From contig OY970261.1 in the NCBI GenBank assembly GCA_963715635.1, forward strand, positions 1,994,471 to 2,058,470: a DNA stretch of 64,000 nt. Direction: 5' to 3'. Shown one piece after another: positions 20,655-30,741 of the stretch. The notes under the pieces are model-generated. The model searched no databases and had not been told where the DNA came from. It saw only the letters and a list, made by a program, of their open reading frames with translations. Each line of letters starts with the position of its first letter. The first letter of the stretch is position 1. Source of the DNA: Candidatus Aminicenantes bacterium. Lineage in GTDB: Bacteria; Acidobacteriota; Aminicenantia; Aminicenantales; UBA4085. The translations under genes were made by a program, and so were the position numbers.

Positions 20655-21764
20655 TCAGGCGAAAAGCTCTTTCCATTTGAGCCCGAACCGTTCAGCGATA
20701 TTCTTCTTCGTCACCGCCCCTTTATAGATATACACGCCGCGGGCCAGCTCGGTCTTGGCCTTCAAGGCATCCTCGATGCCCTTCTCTCCGATCTGGTGCA
20801 GATAGCGGACGACGGTGTTGGACAAAACCTTGGTCAACGTCCGGCTGACCGATGATGTGAAGTTAGGTACGCAGTAGTGGATGATTCCTTCCTCGACATA
20901 CGTGGGGTGATCGAGGGTCGTCGGCCGGCTGGTCTCTATGCATCCGCCCTGGTCGATGGCCAGGTCGATGACGACAGAGCCTTTCCGCATTCCCTTGACC
21001 ATATCTTTGGTGATCATGATAGGGGCTCTTTCTCCAGGCCGCAGGACGGCCCCGATCAGGACATCAGCGACTTTTGTCATCCGGACCAAGTTGTATTTGC
21101 TGCCGATGAGCGTCTGGACGTGGCCATTGGTCATTTCTTCGATTCTGCGGAGACGGTCCATGTCGTGGCCGACGACGATCGTATGGGCGCCGGCGCCCAG
21201 CATGGCCCGCGTCGCGCTCCGGGCGAGCACCCCGCTGCCGATGATGACGACGGTGGCCGGGGGGACGCTGACAACGCCGCCCAGGATCATTCCCCGGCCG
21301 CCCTGGTTGGTCTGGAGATAGTGGCCGGCGATGACCAGGCACATCTGGCCCGCTACTTCACCCAGTCCTTCTATGAACGGAAGCGCATCGTCATCCTGTT
21401 CGACGATCTCGTAGCCGATCATGGTGACGTTTTTGCCGAGCAGCTCTTCGACGAGATTCCTTTTAGCGATAGCCAGATGCTGGAACCCGAACAGGACCTG
21501 GTCCGGCTTGACCAGTTTGATTTCATCGTGGCTGAGCGGAGAAATATTCAAAACGATATCAGAGCGGCCGAAGACTTCCTCTTCGGTAAAGACGATCTTC
21601 GCCCCCTGCGAGGCATAATCTTCGTTGGTGTAGCCGGCTTTCAGCCCCGCGCCGGCTTGGACATAGACCGTATAGCCCTTTTCGACTAGAAACGAGACAC
21701 CGCTGGGAGTCAGGCCGGTTCTATTTTCAATCTTGAAACTCTCATTGATAACACCAACGTTCAT
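20655..21764 (-). CDS. ald: alanine dehydrogenase family protein (divergent)
   Basis: ENRTGLTPSGV, VQAGAG, GGRGMILGGV, ADVLIGAVL.PG.RAP, VIDLAIDQGGCIETSRPTT, HYCVPN. Confidence 0.8.
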   Translation of the reverse strand: MNVGVINESFKIENRTGLTPSGVSFLVEKGYTVYVQAGAGLKAGYTNEDYASQGAKIVFTEEEVFGRSDIVLNISPLSHDEIKLVKPDQVLFGFQHLAIAKRNLVEELLGKNVTMIGYEIVEQDDDALPFIEGLGEVAGQMCLVIAGHYLQTNQGGRGMILGGVVSVPPATVVIIGSGVLARSATRAMLGAGAHTIVVGHDMDRLRRIEEMTNGHVQTLIGSKYNLVRMTKVADVLIGAVLRPGERAPIMITKDMVKGMRKGSVVIDLAIDQGGCIETSRPTTLDHPTYVEEGIIHYCVPNFTSSVSRTLTKVLSNTVVRYLHQIGEKGIEDALKAKTELARGVYIYKGAVTKKNIAERFGLKWKELFA

Positions 21765-21826
21765 CAGAATCCTCCTTCCTTATAAACGTAGGGGCTATGA
21801 TACCAAAATCGGCGGGGCCGGACAAT

Positions 21827-21874
21827 AAAAAAGAGGAGGAAAGACGAGGTCCGGCAACGGTCTCGCTCCCTCTC
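21827..21874 (-). terminator. intrinsic terminator
   Basis: Minus strand GAGAGGGAGCGAGACCG-TTGC-CGGACCTCGTCTTTCCTCCTC followed by TTTTTT. Confidence 0.55.
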
Positions 21875-22130
21875 AGGTTTTTAACGCCGTTTCCTCACGG
21901 CCCTTCTCGGCGCCTGCGTTCCTCACATGCCAGATTTTGGCTCTGAAAAGATGCCCTTGTCCACATTGTGGCATCATTTTTTTCCTGCCCCAGCTCAAAC
22001 ATTCTCGGCGCCCGGCAAAGTGCCGGGTTCCCTCGAAGCGCAGTTCGGAAAGGCTAAACCTTCCATGGTCGCTTCGCGCGTTGCCGGATCTCTCCTGCAT
22101 GAAAGAATCCCCCCTCGGCGAATGTTGTGC

Positions 22131-23807
22131 CTAATCCTTTTTATAGATGACCCGGCCGCCGAGGATGGTCATCCGGACTTTGGCATTGCGGATTTCTTCG
22201 GGCGGAATTTCAAAGAGGTTCTTGTCCAGGACGACCAGGTCGGCCAATTTTCCGGGCTCGATCGATCCCTTGCTCATTTCGGCGAATTCGGCGAAGGCAC
22301 CGCCCGATGTAAATCCCTGAATAGCTTCCTCCAGGGAAATTTTTTGCTCGGGGACCCAGCCGTTCGGGTTCTTATCGTCGATCGTCCTCCGGGTGACGGC
22401 GGCATAGATTCCCTGGATCGGATCAAGCGGGGCCACGGGCCAATCCGACCCAAAAGCCAGCCGGGCGCCCTTCTCCAGAAGCGACTTAAAGGCATACGTC
22501 AACCGGGCGCGCTCCGAGCCGATCTTCTTTTCCGCCCAGCGTCCATCGTCAATGGCGTGATAGGGCTGCATGGAAGCGATGACGCCGAGCCTGCCGAAAC
22601 GGGCAATATCGGCAGGCCGAAGGTGCTGCGCATGTTCGATCCGAAAGCGCCTGTCCCGCGGGCCGTTCTGAGCCGCGGCTTTTTCATAGATATCCAGGAT
22701 GATCGCATTCGCCCGGTCGCCGATGGCATGAACAGCAACTTGGAGGCCCGCCCGGTCTGCCGTAAGAACCCTCTTTTCCATGATCCCTTCCGGATACATC
22801 TGTCCATGGAGCAGCCCTTTGGTCTTCGGGTCATCCATATAGGGCTCGAAAAAGTAAGCCGTCGCTGAGCCGAGCGAGCCGTCGGCAAAACCCTTCAAGC
22901 CGGCCAGCTTCAGGTCGTCGTTCCCGAAAGGCGATTTAAGCTTGAGCCGCTCTAAAATATCGACCTCGGTGACAGGAATATAAACGTACAGCCGGAGCGT
23001 CAATTGATTTTTCCGGAGAAGCTCTTGGTAGACCTCGAAGCTCGACGGGTCCGACATATCATGGACCAACGTCACGCCAAGCTCAGCCGCATGTTTCATC
23101 GCGGCCCCCGCGGCGCGTAGATTCTGAGCCAACGTCGGGGCCGGGATTTTGTTATAGACGAGGTCCATGGCCGCGTCTTTCAGGATCCCGGTCGGCTCGC
23201 CGGTGGCAGGATCCTTGACGATCTCGCCGCCCGGCGGCACGAGAGTGGTCCTAGTCACTCCACCCATTTTGAGGGCCAGGCTGTTGGCCAGGATCATGTG
23301 CCCGTCGAGCCGGTTGATGCAAACAGGATTGTCGGGTGTAACGCTGTCGATCCATTCCTTTCGCGGCAGCTCGGGCGGGCTGAATCGTGTATGATCCCAG
23401 TCGCCGTTTAGGATCCACTCCCCTTTGGCCAACGTTTTGGCCTTCGCGGCGATCCGCGAAATGAACTCATCCTTGGAAGCCGCATCCCGCAGCTGAATGC
23501 TCATCAATGAAAACCCGCCGTTGAGGAAATGGACGTGGCTGTCGATAAAGCCGGGAAGGGCGAATCCCCCTTTGAGGTCGAAGGCTTCGGTTTCGCTCCC
23601 CGCCATTTTCCTGATCGCCTTGTTCGTCCCCACGGCGAGGATGCGATTGCCTTGGAAAGCCACGGCTTCAGCCCAGGGCTGTCCGGAATTTCCCGTCCAA
23701 ATTTTTCCGTTGGCAAGGATTTTATCGGCCATTTTGACCTCGCTGCAAGCGCCTAAAATGAGAATCGATAGGAATAAGATAAATAGAACGCCTCGGCTTT
23801 TTCTCAT
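22131..23807 (-). CDS. amidohydrolase-3 (YtcJ-like) lipoprotein
   Basis: Lipobox ILGAC; PGFIDSHVH; FADGSLGS; HAIGDRA; RIEHAQ; FGSDWPV; GKLADLVVL. Confidence 0.9.
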   Translation of the reverse strand: MRKSRGVLFILFLSILILGACSEVKMADKILANGKIWTGNSGQPWAEAVAFQGNRILAVGTNKAIRKMAGSETEAFDLKGGFALPGFIDSHVHFLNGGFSLMSIQLRDAASKDEFISRIAAKAKTLAKGEWILNGDWDHTRFSPPELPRKEWIDSVTPDNPVCINRLDGHMILANSLALKMGGVTRTTLVPPGGEIVKDPATGEPTGILKDAAMDLVYNKIPAPTLAQNLRAAGAAMKHAAELGVTLVHDMSDPSSFEVYQELLRKNQLTLRLYVYIPVTEVDILERLKLKSPFGNDDLKLAGLKGFADGSLGSATAYFFEPYMDDPKTKGLLHGQMYPEGIMEKRVLTADRAGLQVAVHAIGDRANAIILDIYEKAAAQNGPRDRRFRIEHAQHLRPADIARFGRLGVIASMQPYHAIDDGRWAEKKIGSERARLTYAFKSLLEKGARLAFGSDWPVAPLDPIQGIYAAVTRRTIDDKNPNGWVPEQKISLEEAIQGFTSGGAFAEFAEMSKGSIEPGKLADLVVLDKNLFEIPPEEIRNAKVRMTILGGRVIYKKD

Positions 23808-23828
23808 GACGACCTCCTTGGCCAGAAT

Positions 23829-24602
23829 TCATAAGGTATATCTTTCCAGGTCTCTCGGGATGAGGAGCCGGCCTCGATAGTTTCGCCGGACTTCTTCCTC
23901 TATTTCTTTTAGCGAGAATTCGACCTCGCCGAAGAAATGGCAGGGAATGAGGGTTTTGACGCCGGCCTCTTCCGCCAGGCGGCCCAACTCCAGTGAATTC
24001 GTATGCATTGAGTAAAGAACTGGGTATTGTTCAAAAAAACGGGACGGCGAGCTGCAGTCGTGGCACAGATAATCCAGGCTGCCCGCTCTCTTGATGGGAG
24101 AGGAGGCGGCGGGCGTGTCCCCGGAATAAAGGAATTCGATGCCTCCGCTAAGATGGAAATGATAGGCGAGTGATGAAGGATGGTGCGTGGCTTGAAGAGC
24201 CGTGACATTTGTTGTCCCTGAGATCGAAAAATCCTGACCGGGAGCGATGGCCCGAAATTCTGCCCTGGTTTTAAACTTGGGCTGACGCAGACCGAAAAGG
24301 TCCAGAAACCGGATGCAGAATTGAATCGACTCTTCAGATCCATAAACCCGGATCAAGCCCTCCTCGAGCATCAGACTGTGGAAGACGGCCGGCAGACCGT
24401 AGATGTGGTCGGGATGGACATGGGTGACCACGATCGCCTCTAGGTCGCGCGGGTTCAGGCCGAACTTTTGGACCTTCTGGAGGGCGCTTCCCGGGCAGTC
24501 GATGAGAATGATTTTTCTTCCGTTGTTAAAAAGAAAAGAAGCGTTGTCCCTCTCCGAAGTGGACATGGCGCCCCCGGTCCCAAGAAAGCCGATTTCGAAC
24601 AT
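23829..24602 (-). CDS. MBL-fold metallo-hydrolase (RNase Z/BN-like)
   Basis: FLGTGG, LIDCPG, THVHPDH, YSGDT, HTNS, PCHF; start may be 24602 (MFEIG) or 24611. Confidence 0.82.
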   Translation of the reverse strand: MFEIGFLGTGGAMSTSERDNASFLFNNGRKIILIDCPGSALQKVQKFGLNPRDLEAIVVTHVHPDHIYGLPAVFHSLMLEEGLIRVYGSEESIQFCIRFLDLFGLRQPKFKTRAEFRAIAPGQDFSISGTTNVTALQATHHPSSLAYHFHLSGGIEFLYSGDTPAASSPIKRAGSLDYLCHDCSSPSRFFEQYPVLYSMHTNSLELGRLAEEAGVKTLIPCHFFGEVEFSLKEIEEEVRRNYRGRLLIPRDLERYTL

Positions 24603-24610
24603 CGGCTGCA

Positions 24611-24681
24611 TTTATAAATAATTTTTCTCGGAAAAGCAAATCACATTTCGCATTGACAGATACCCGCACTTCGGATAAAAA
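24611..24681. promoter_or_regulatory. overlapping divergent sigma70-like promoters
   Basis: + strand TTGACA(24653-58)-17-TAAAAA(24676-81); - strand TTGCTT(24639-34)-17-TATAAA(24616-11). Confidence 0.5.
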
Positions 24682-25764
24682 ATGGATATGAAGAACGAAG
24701 AGCTGCGGGTCTCCTCGCCGGGCCGGATCTGCCTGTTCGGCGAACACCAGGATTATCTCGGCCTGGCCATCATCGCCGCGGCCGTGAACCTGCGGATCAC
24801 GATCAGCGGGAAGCGGCGGTCCGATAAAATATTCACGATCGACCTTCCGGATATCGGGGAAAAGGAAGAGTTCTACGGCGATCAGGAAATTCCTTACACC
24901 AAAAAAAGGGACTATCTCAAAAGTGCCGTCAATATTCACCGGCGACAGGGCCTGCCTTTGACCGGCTGGGACTGCCTTGTCCGGGGGACCATTCCCATCA
25001 ACGCCGGCACTTCGAGCTCGTCGGCCCTCGTCGTGGCCTGGAACAAGTTCCTACTGGAAGCCGCGGGCGACAAACGCGCCCGGATTCCCGAAGAGATCGC
25101 AGAGCTGGGATACCTGACCGAAGTCGCGGAATTCAAAGAGCCCGGCGGGAAGATGGACCATTACACATCGGCCCTGGGCGGTGCCGTCTGGATCCAGTTC
25201 GATGAGCCGATGAAGCTGACAAAGCTGGACAATCCGCTTCAAACATTCGTCCTGGCCAACTCCCTCGAAAAGAAGGACACCACGGGCACGCTCGGCTTCA
25301 TCAAAAGCCATGTCCTGAATGGGACTGCCCGGGTCCGGGAAAAAATCCCCGGCTTCAGCCTAAAGAGCCCCCTGACGGCTGAAGTGCTCAAGGAAATCGA
25401 CAAGCTGGACGCCGATCACAAACGGCTGCTCAAAGGATCCCTTTTGACCCGGGATCTGACCCTGGAAGGCCTCGCACTTTTTCAAAAACGGCCTTTCGAC
25501 CATCAGAAATTCGGCGCGCTGTTGACCGCGCAGCATGAGGTCCTTCGTGACCTAGTCCAGATTTCGACGCCGAAAATCGAACACATGATGCGTTCCGCCC
25601 TCAACGCCGGAGCGTTCGGTGCTAAAATAAACGGCTCGGGCGGGGGCGGCTGCATGTTCGCCTATGCGCCGAATGAGCCGCAAAAAGTCGCCGAGGCCGT
25701 CGAACGGGCGGGCGGACAGCCCTATATCGTCCACATCGATGAAGGAGCGAGGCGGGAAGTTTAG
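24682..25764 (+). CDS. GHMP-family sugar kinase (galactokinase-like)
   Basis: SPGRICLFGEHQDY, IPINAGTSSSSA, GKMDH, GAKINGSGGGG; start may be ATG 24688. Confidence 0.85.
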   Translation: MDMKNEELRVSSPGRICLFGEHQDYLGLAIIAAAVNLRITISGKRRSDKIFTIDLPDIGEKEEFYGDQEIPYTKKRDYLKSAVNIHRRQGLPLTGWDCLVRGTIPINAGTSSSSALVVAWNKFLLEAAGDKRARIPEEIAELGYLTEVAEFKEPGGKMDHYTSALGGAVWIQFDEPMKLTKLDNPLQTFVLANSLEKKDTTGTLGFIKSHVLNGTARVREKIPGFSLKSPLTAEVLKEIDKLDADHKRLLKGSLLTRDLTLEGLALFQKRPFDHQKFGALLTAQHEVLRDLVQISTPKIEHMMRSALNAGAFGAKINGSGGGGCMFAYAPNEPQKVAEAVERAGGQPYIVHIDEGARREV

Positions 25765-25779
25765 CGAGGAGGAGACGGT

Positions 25780-26349
25780 ATGATCGACGCGACGCAAATC
25801 CGAAAAGGAATGATCATAAAAATGGACGACGGCCAGCTCTACAGGGTCCAGGAAATGCAGCTCATCACGCCCGGCCGATGGAAGGCCATGGTCCAGACCA
25901 AGCTCCGCAGCCTCAGGGACAACACGGTCCGGGATTATAGGTTCCGTTCCGAAGAGCGGGTCGAGCAGGCGTTCATGGACCAAGTCGAGATGGAATATCT
26001 CTATCAGAGCGGCGACGACTACGTTTTCATGAACCACACGACTTACGACCAGGTCTCCCTGACGGCCGAGGCGATCGGCGACGCCGTCAAATATCTCGTG
26101 CCCAACGTCATCTTCACCATCGAATATTTCGAGGGCAAACCCGTCAGCGTCGTTCCGCCCATCACAATCGACCTCAAGGTTACCCATACGGATCCTTTTT
26201 TAAAAGGCGCCACGGCATCGGCCTCCTACAAGCCGGCTGCCCTCGAGAATGGAATGGTCGTTACGGTCCCGCCGTTCATCAAGGAAGGCGACGTGGTGAA
26301 GATCGACACGCGTGAAGATAAATACTTGGAGCGAGTGAAGAGCGCTTAA
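25780..26349 (+). CDS. efp: translation elongation factor P
   Basis: GAGGAGG RBS; ATQIRKGM, TPGRWKAMVQTKLR, EYLY, FMN..TYDQ, KPAALENG.VVTVPPFIKEGD..KIDTR..YLER. Confidence 0.93.
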   Translation: MIDATQIRKGMIIKMDDGQLYRVQEMQLITPGRWKAMVQTKLRSLRDNTVRDYRFRSEERVEQAFMDQVEMEYLYQSGDDYVFMNHTTYDQVSLTAEAIGDAVKYLVPNVIFTIEYFEGKPVSVVPPITIDLKVTHTDPFLKGATASASYKPAALENGMVVTVPPFIKEGDVVKIDTREDKYLERVKSA

Positions 26350-26419
26350 AAAAGTTTTATTCGGGGACGGACATTTTGATAATATAGAATACGCAACTAT
26401 CCGTTAATTCCTGATTGGG

Positions 26420-28471
26420 ATGAGTGGCGGGTTGTCGAAAAAAAGACGTCTTGGCTTTTTCGCGGCTCTCCTGTTTATGTCCGGGGTTGCCCCCGTTCCT
26501 CTTTTCTCTCAAATCAGGGAAATCGGCGCTAAAATTATTGCGGATGAGGAGTTCCGCAAAAACCAGGACTGGAAACTCCGGGCAGAGAATTGCCTGAACA
26601 TGGCATCTGCCGACTTCGAAAGGCTGTTCGGAATCCGGATCCTTGTCAAAAAATTCGAGGATTGGAACTCCGGCCGTTCGGCCAAGTCCTTGGAAGCGCT
26701 TGCCGAAGACCTTGACGCTCATTTTGATAAAGAGAATAACGATATTCTCCTGGCATTCACGGCGCAGGGGAACCTGGATAAGAGCTATACGGGATATTCT
26801 GTTTTCAGAGAGGGCATCATCCTTTTAAAAAATACCGATGATATGCCGCTGCTCGCCAGGACTTTAAAACACGAGCTCGGGCACATCTTCGGCGGCGTCC
26901 ATGTGGCCGATCCAGGTTCGATCATGGACTACTTTATTCAAGGAGATAATTTTGACACCCTGAATGCGCAGGCCGTCTCTCTCAATCGGGAGCGCCTCTT
27001 TAATACCGTTGAATTTCCGATTCCGAAAAAAATGCGGTTGAAAGCGATTGACATCTATGAACAGATTGCTCGTTCGATTCAAATGACCTTGTTTAGAGAA
27101 AAGTCGGACGAGGGCCTCCAGCCGGCGATCAAGGGAATCCTCGCACGAGCGAAGATCCTGGGGGTCCTCGGGGAAGACGGAAGGCGTGATCCCTTCTATC
27201 TCGACGATGCTTGTGTTTTATTGGCTCAGCTCTATTTAGAGACAAAGGAGTATGACAAGGCGATACAGGCCTGTCAGGCCGCCTTAAAAATCAGCCCGAA
27301 AAATCTGGAAACCAAAAATATCATGGGGATCGCTCTCAGAAGAAAAGGACTGATCAACCAGGCCATAGAAAAATACAACGACATTTTAAAAGATAAGCCG
27401 AATCATTCCAGAGTCCTTTATAACTTAGGGATTGCCTATTCGAAGAAAGCCGACCTGGAATCCGCCCAATCGGCGTATGCGAAGGCGATTGAACTCAAGC
27501 CGAATTTCGCCGAAGCTCACAACAATTTGGGGGAAATGTATCTCCGGATGGGCAAAACCGAGGAAGCTGAAAAGGAATTCCTGAAAGCAGTTTCGATTGG
27601 GGCCGAGTTCCCCCTTGCTCATTCCAACCTGGCGGAAGTCTATTGCCGGAAGAAAGACTACGACAAATCCAAGGCCGAGGCTGAAAAAGCCATGGCTATG
27701 AACCCGGAATTGCCCGACTCTTATAATATCCTCGGCAATATCGACCATCAACAGGGAAAGACCGAAGAAGCCATCGAAAAGTATCGCCAGGCTTTATCCC
27801 TAGATCCCAGTTATGAAAAGGCCTATTTCAACCTCGGCATTTGTTGCTTTGATAAGAATCAGTTGGGAGAGGCGAAGAAGCATTTTTTGAAGGCGCTGGA
27901 GATCAATAAGAATTTTGCCGAAGCTCATGCCAGCCTCGGCTATTGCCTGCTCCGGGAAAATAAAACAGATGAGGCCATCGCCGAAATCAAGTTGGGGCAA
28001 ACGCTCGGATTCCGCTCGGCCAAGACCTATACCAACCTGAGTTTTGCCTATTTACAGAAAGGGATGGCCGACCAAGCGATCGAGGAAGCCGAGAGAGCGG
28101 TCGAGCTCGATCCCGGACAGGCGGCGGCTTTCAACAATTCGGGGATCGCCTACATGAAAAAGGGAATGCTCCAGAAGGCGGCGGAGCAATTTCAAAAAGC
28201 CATTGAGATCGACCGGAATAACAAAGAGGCCCTCTTCAATTTGGGAAGCCTCTCGCTCCAGGCCGGAAAATTCGACCGGGCGCTGGATCTCTATTTGGCG
28301 GCCGCCAAGCTCGACCCAAACAACGGGGCACTGTTCAATAATATAGCCGTTGTTTATTTCCAGAAGGGAGAATACGCGCTGGCCTGGAAATATGTTCAAA
28401 AAGCCCAAGCCGCCGGCTTCAAAGTCCAACCCGCTTTTCTGGATGAACTGAAGGCTAAGATAAAGATCTAA
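26420..28471 (+). CDS. secreted metzincin (M12/matrixin-like) metallopeptidase domain + long TPR array
   Basis: Signal peptide; HELGHIFGGVH and SIM Met-turn; about 12 TPRs (AEAHNNLG, AYFNLG, AFNNSG). Confidence 0.8.
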   Translation: MSGGLSKKRRLGFFAALLFMSGVAPVPLFSQIREIGAKIIADEEFRKNQDWKLRAENCLNMASADFERLFGIRILVKKFEDWNSGRSAKSLEALAEDLDAHFDKENNDILLAFTAQGNLDKSYTGYSVFREGIILLKNTDDMPLLARTLKHELGHIFGGVHVADPGSIMDYFIQGDNFDTLNAQAVSLNRERLFNTVEFPIPKKMRLKAIDIYEQIARSIQMTLFREKSDEGLQPAIKGILARAKILGVLGEDGRRDPFYLDDACVLLAQLYLETKEYDKAIQACQAALKISPKNLETKNIMGIALRRKGLINQAIEKYNDILKDKPNHSRVLYNLGIAYSKKADLESAQSAYAKAIELKPNFAEAHNNLGEMYLRMGKTEEAEKEFLKAVSIGAEFPLAHSNLAEVYCRKKDYDKSKAEAEKAMAMNPELPDSYNILGNIDHQQGKTEEAIEKYRQALSLDPSYEKAYFNLGICCFDKNQLGEAKKHFLKALEINKNFAEAHASLGYCLLRENKTDEAIAEIKLGQTLGFRSAKTYTNLSFAYLQKGMADQAIEEAERAVELDPGQAAAFNNSGIAYMKKGMLQKAAEQFQKAIEIDRNNKEALFNLGSLSLQAGKFDRALDLYLAAAKLDPNNGALFNNIAVVYFQKGEYALAWKYVQKAQAAGFKVQPAFLDELKAKIKI

Positions 28472-28483
28472 TTATCTCTAATT

Positions 28484-30691
28484 CTAAAAGATCTGCCGAT
28501 AAACGCCGACGTTCCCGTAGCTGTCTTTGACAAGAAAGGTGACCAGGTCGTCCGAGTTCGTAGCCAGGGTGACTTTAAATTTAAAGCTCTCCTGTTTCGA
28601 ATCGCAAATGCCGTCTTCCGGAAAAACGACATGCCAATCGTCCGGCCGCACCAGATATTTCACCTCTTTGATGGCGGAGAACGCATCTTCCGCTTGAAAG
28701 GCAATGGCCAGCTGGTTCTTGTCCTTGACCGCCTGAAAATTTTTCAGGACGGGCGCCGAATTGTCGATGACAAAAGCCGGGCTGATCTTCTCTGTCTCTT
28801 TGGCCAGGTCCGGCGGGTTGGACGGCAGGTCGGAAGCGACGATCTTCATGAAATAGGTCCCGTCCGGGAAATTCTGTGTTTGAAACGCGTAGAGCGTCCC
28901 CGTCCACTTTTCTTCGAGCAGCCGCCAGCTCTTCTCCCCGTCCTGCCTCAAGAACACGGAGTAAGAAATATTGTCCTCGTTTTCATCAGCAGCATCCCAA
29001 TCGACGGTCTGGTAGCCTTTCCGCTCGACCTTCTTGGCCGGGATGACAAATCTTAGATCATCTTTTTTTGCGGCCGGATCCGGATTCCTTCGTTCCAGGC
29101 CCGAGATGATCTCTTCCTGTTCGGGCGGCTTCAAATACACTTCATTCGGCCCCAGCAGCTCCAACTTGGTGAACGTCGGGGCCACATTGCTCTGAAGATA
29201 GAACAAGGACACCTTAGACAGCGCGGGCGACATTTTTCCCGATTGGGCCTTGAACAGGATTTTGAATTGGAGATAGCGCGCCTTGGGGCTGAGGACCTGC
29301 TCGCCGTCCTTTTTTTGATAAGGAGGCGACCAGTCGCTCCACGTCTGGCTGGGTTCAAACGTATTGCCGCTCCGCGTTTGGAATTGAAGGATAGCGCCCG
29401 CCGGTAGTTCGGCTTCCCAGCCGATCTTGCCCCAGCCCGAAAGAACCTTGGCATCCAGGACCGGGCTGAGATACTCTCCGCTCAATCTCTGTTCGGGGTA
29501 AATAACGCTCAGCTGAGACGGGTTATTAGCGAGCATATAGATCTTTGTGTCGACAGAAAAAAGCTCATAAATCTGCTCGGACGCTTTTTGAAGGACCAGC
29601 GCCGTCTTCTCATCCTTGTTCAGGACATACACGCGCCCCTTGGGCCCGGTGCCAAAATATACTTTCTTCTCAGCCTCATTCCAGAAAAGGCTGTAGATAA
29701 GCTCTTCGGCCGAGGACCACAGCCTCTTGGCCATTCCATCCGGAGCGATTTTATAGAGAGCGCCCGGCTCTTTCTGTGCGGCGCTTAGAATTCCCAGAGG
29801 CCGCGCGGGTGTCGCGGCCGTTTGTGATGTCTGGGCGACTTGCGTTTGCGGTGCGGCCGCCGACGCGGATACGGAGACGGTCACATCCGCGTCCCGGGAA
29901 GGCACGACCACAGGCAGCTCTTCCTTTTTTCCTTTGGTCGCCGTTCCTCCGGCCACCGCATAAATATTTCCCTCGCCATCAAAGACAAGGCTGCGCACCT
30001 CTTCAAAGGGCGACTCGAAAATAACCGCCGCCCGACCCGCTTTCGTGACCCGGTAAACCAGGCCGTTCCCTCCGCTCCCGGCCACGATATCGCCGCTGCG
30101 GTCCAGCTTGAGACATAAAATGTGATTCTCTTCGGCCTTTAAAAGGCGCTTCCCGTTGCCTTGAGGGCCGATTTCGTAGATGCCTCCGCTCTCGCCCACG
30201 GCGGCCAGCAGCGCGCCGTCTTCCCTAAACAAAAGGTCCCAGACGTATTTTTCAGCCGGGTCGAAGAAGACCGCATTCTTTCCGGGCGCCGTGATTGTAT
30301 AGATTTTGCCGTTGGGTGAAGTCCCCGCATAGAGCACGCCTTTTTTGTCCATGGCCAGGCAGGTCACATCCATCTCAGCGGCCTGAAAATAGAGCTCGGC
30401 TTTGCCTTCTTTTGTGATCCTAAAGACCTTTCCCCCATGTCCTGTGCCGAGGTAGGCCGCACCGTCGGGGGCCATGAGAAACGACAGATAAAACTCTTCC
30501 GTCGGTCCCTCGATTTTGTCCTCTCTGGGAGAAAGGGAAAGCAGCCCTTCTACAGATATGGCGACGCCGTCGAATTTGCCCCGCAAGAAATCTTCGTAGC
30601 TGCGGACCGCCCATTTTTGGGGGACGATCGCTTGGGCTCCTGAAGCCAAGAGGAAGAAAAATCCTGCGATGAGGAGAATTGTCTTTTTCAT
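28484..30691 (-). CDS. secreted beta-propeller + FN3/Ig-like protein
   Basis: Signal peptide MKKTILL..AQA; repeated YxGTG..GKVY blades; QTRSGNT..WSDWS..SPKARYLQFK; IDNSAP. Confidence 0.7.
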   Translation of the reverse strand: MKKTILLIAGFFFLLASGAQAIVPQKWAVRSYEDFLRGKFDGVAISVEGLLSLSPREDKIEGPTEEFYLSFLMAPDGAAYLGTGHGGKVFRITKEGKAELYFQAAEMDVTCLAMDKKGVLYAGTSPNGKIYTITAPGKNAVFFDPAEKYVWDLLFREDGALLAAVGESGGIYEIGPQGNGKRLLKAEENHILCLKLDRSGDIVAGSGGNGLVYRVTKAGRAAVIFESPFEEVRSLVFDGEGNIYAVAGGTATKGKKEELPVVVPSRDADVTVSVSASAAAPQTQVAQTSQTAATPARPLGILSAAQKEPGALYKIAPDGMAKRLWSSAEELIYSLFWNEAEKKVYFGTGPKGRVYVLNKDEKTALVLQKASEQIYELFSVDTKIYMLANNPSQLSVIYPEQRLSGEYLSPVLDAKVLSGWGKIGWEAELPAGAILQFQTRSGNTFEPSQTWSDWSPPYQKKDGEQVLSPKARYLQFKILFKAQSGKMSPALSKVSLFYLQSNVAPTFTKLELLGPNEVYLKPPEQEEIISGLERRNPDPAAKKDDLRFVIPAKKVERKGYQTVDWDAADENEDNISYSVFLRQDGEKSWRLLEEKWTGTLYAFQTQNFPDGTYFMKIVASDLPSNPPDLAKETEKISPAFVIDNSAPVLKNFQAVKDKNQLAIAFQAEDAFSAIKEVKYLVRPDDWHVVFPEDGICDSKQESFKFKVTLATNSDDLVTFLVKDSYGNVGVYRQIF

Positions 30692-30741
30692 TCCCTTTCT
30701 CCTGCCAGTCAATTAATTATCCAAATTTCTTCTCCAAGCCG

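Noticed and set aside
21873-22100. 75-aa ORF between the amidohydrolase and ald
   Set aside because: No motif support; could be a small gene or decayed fragment but cannot be substantiated
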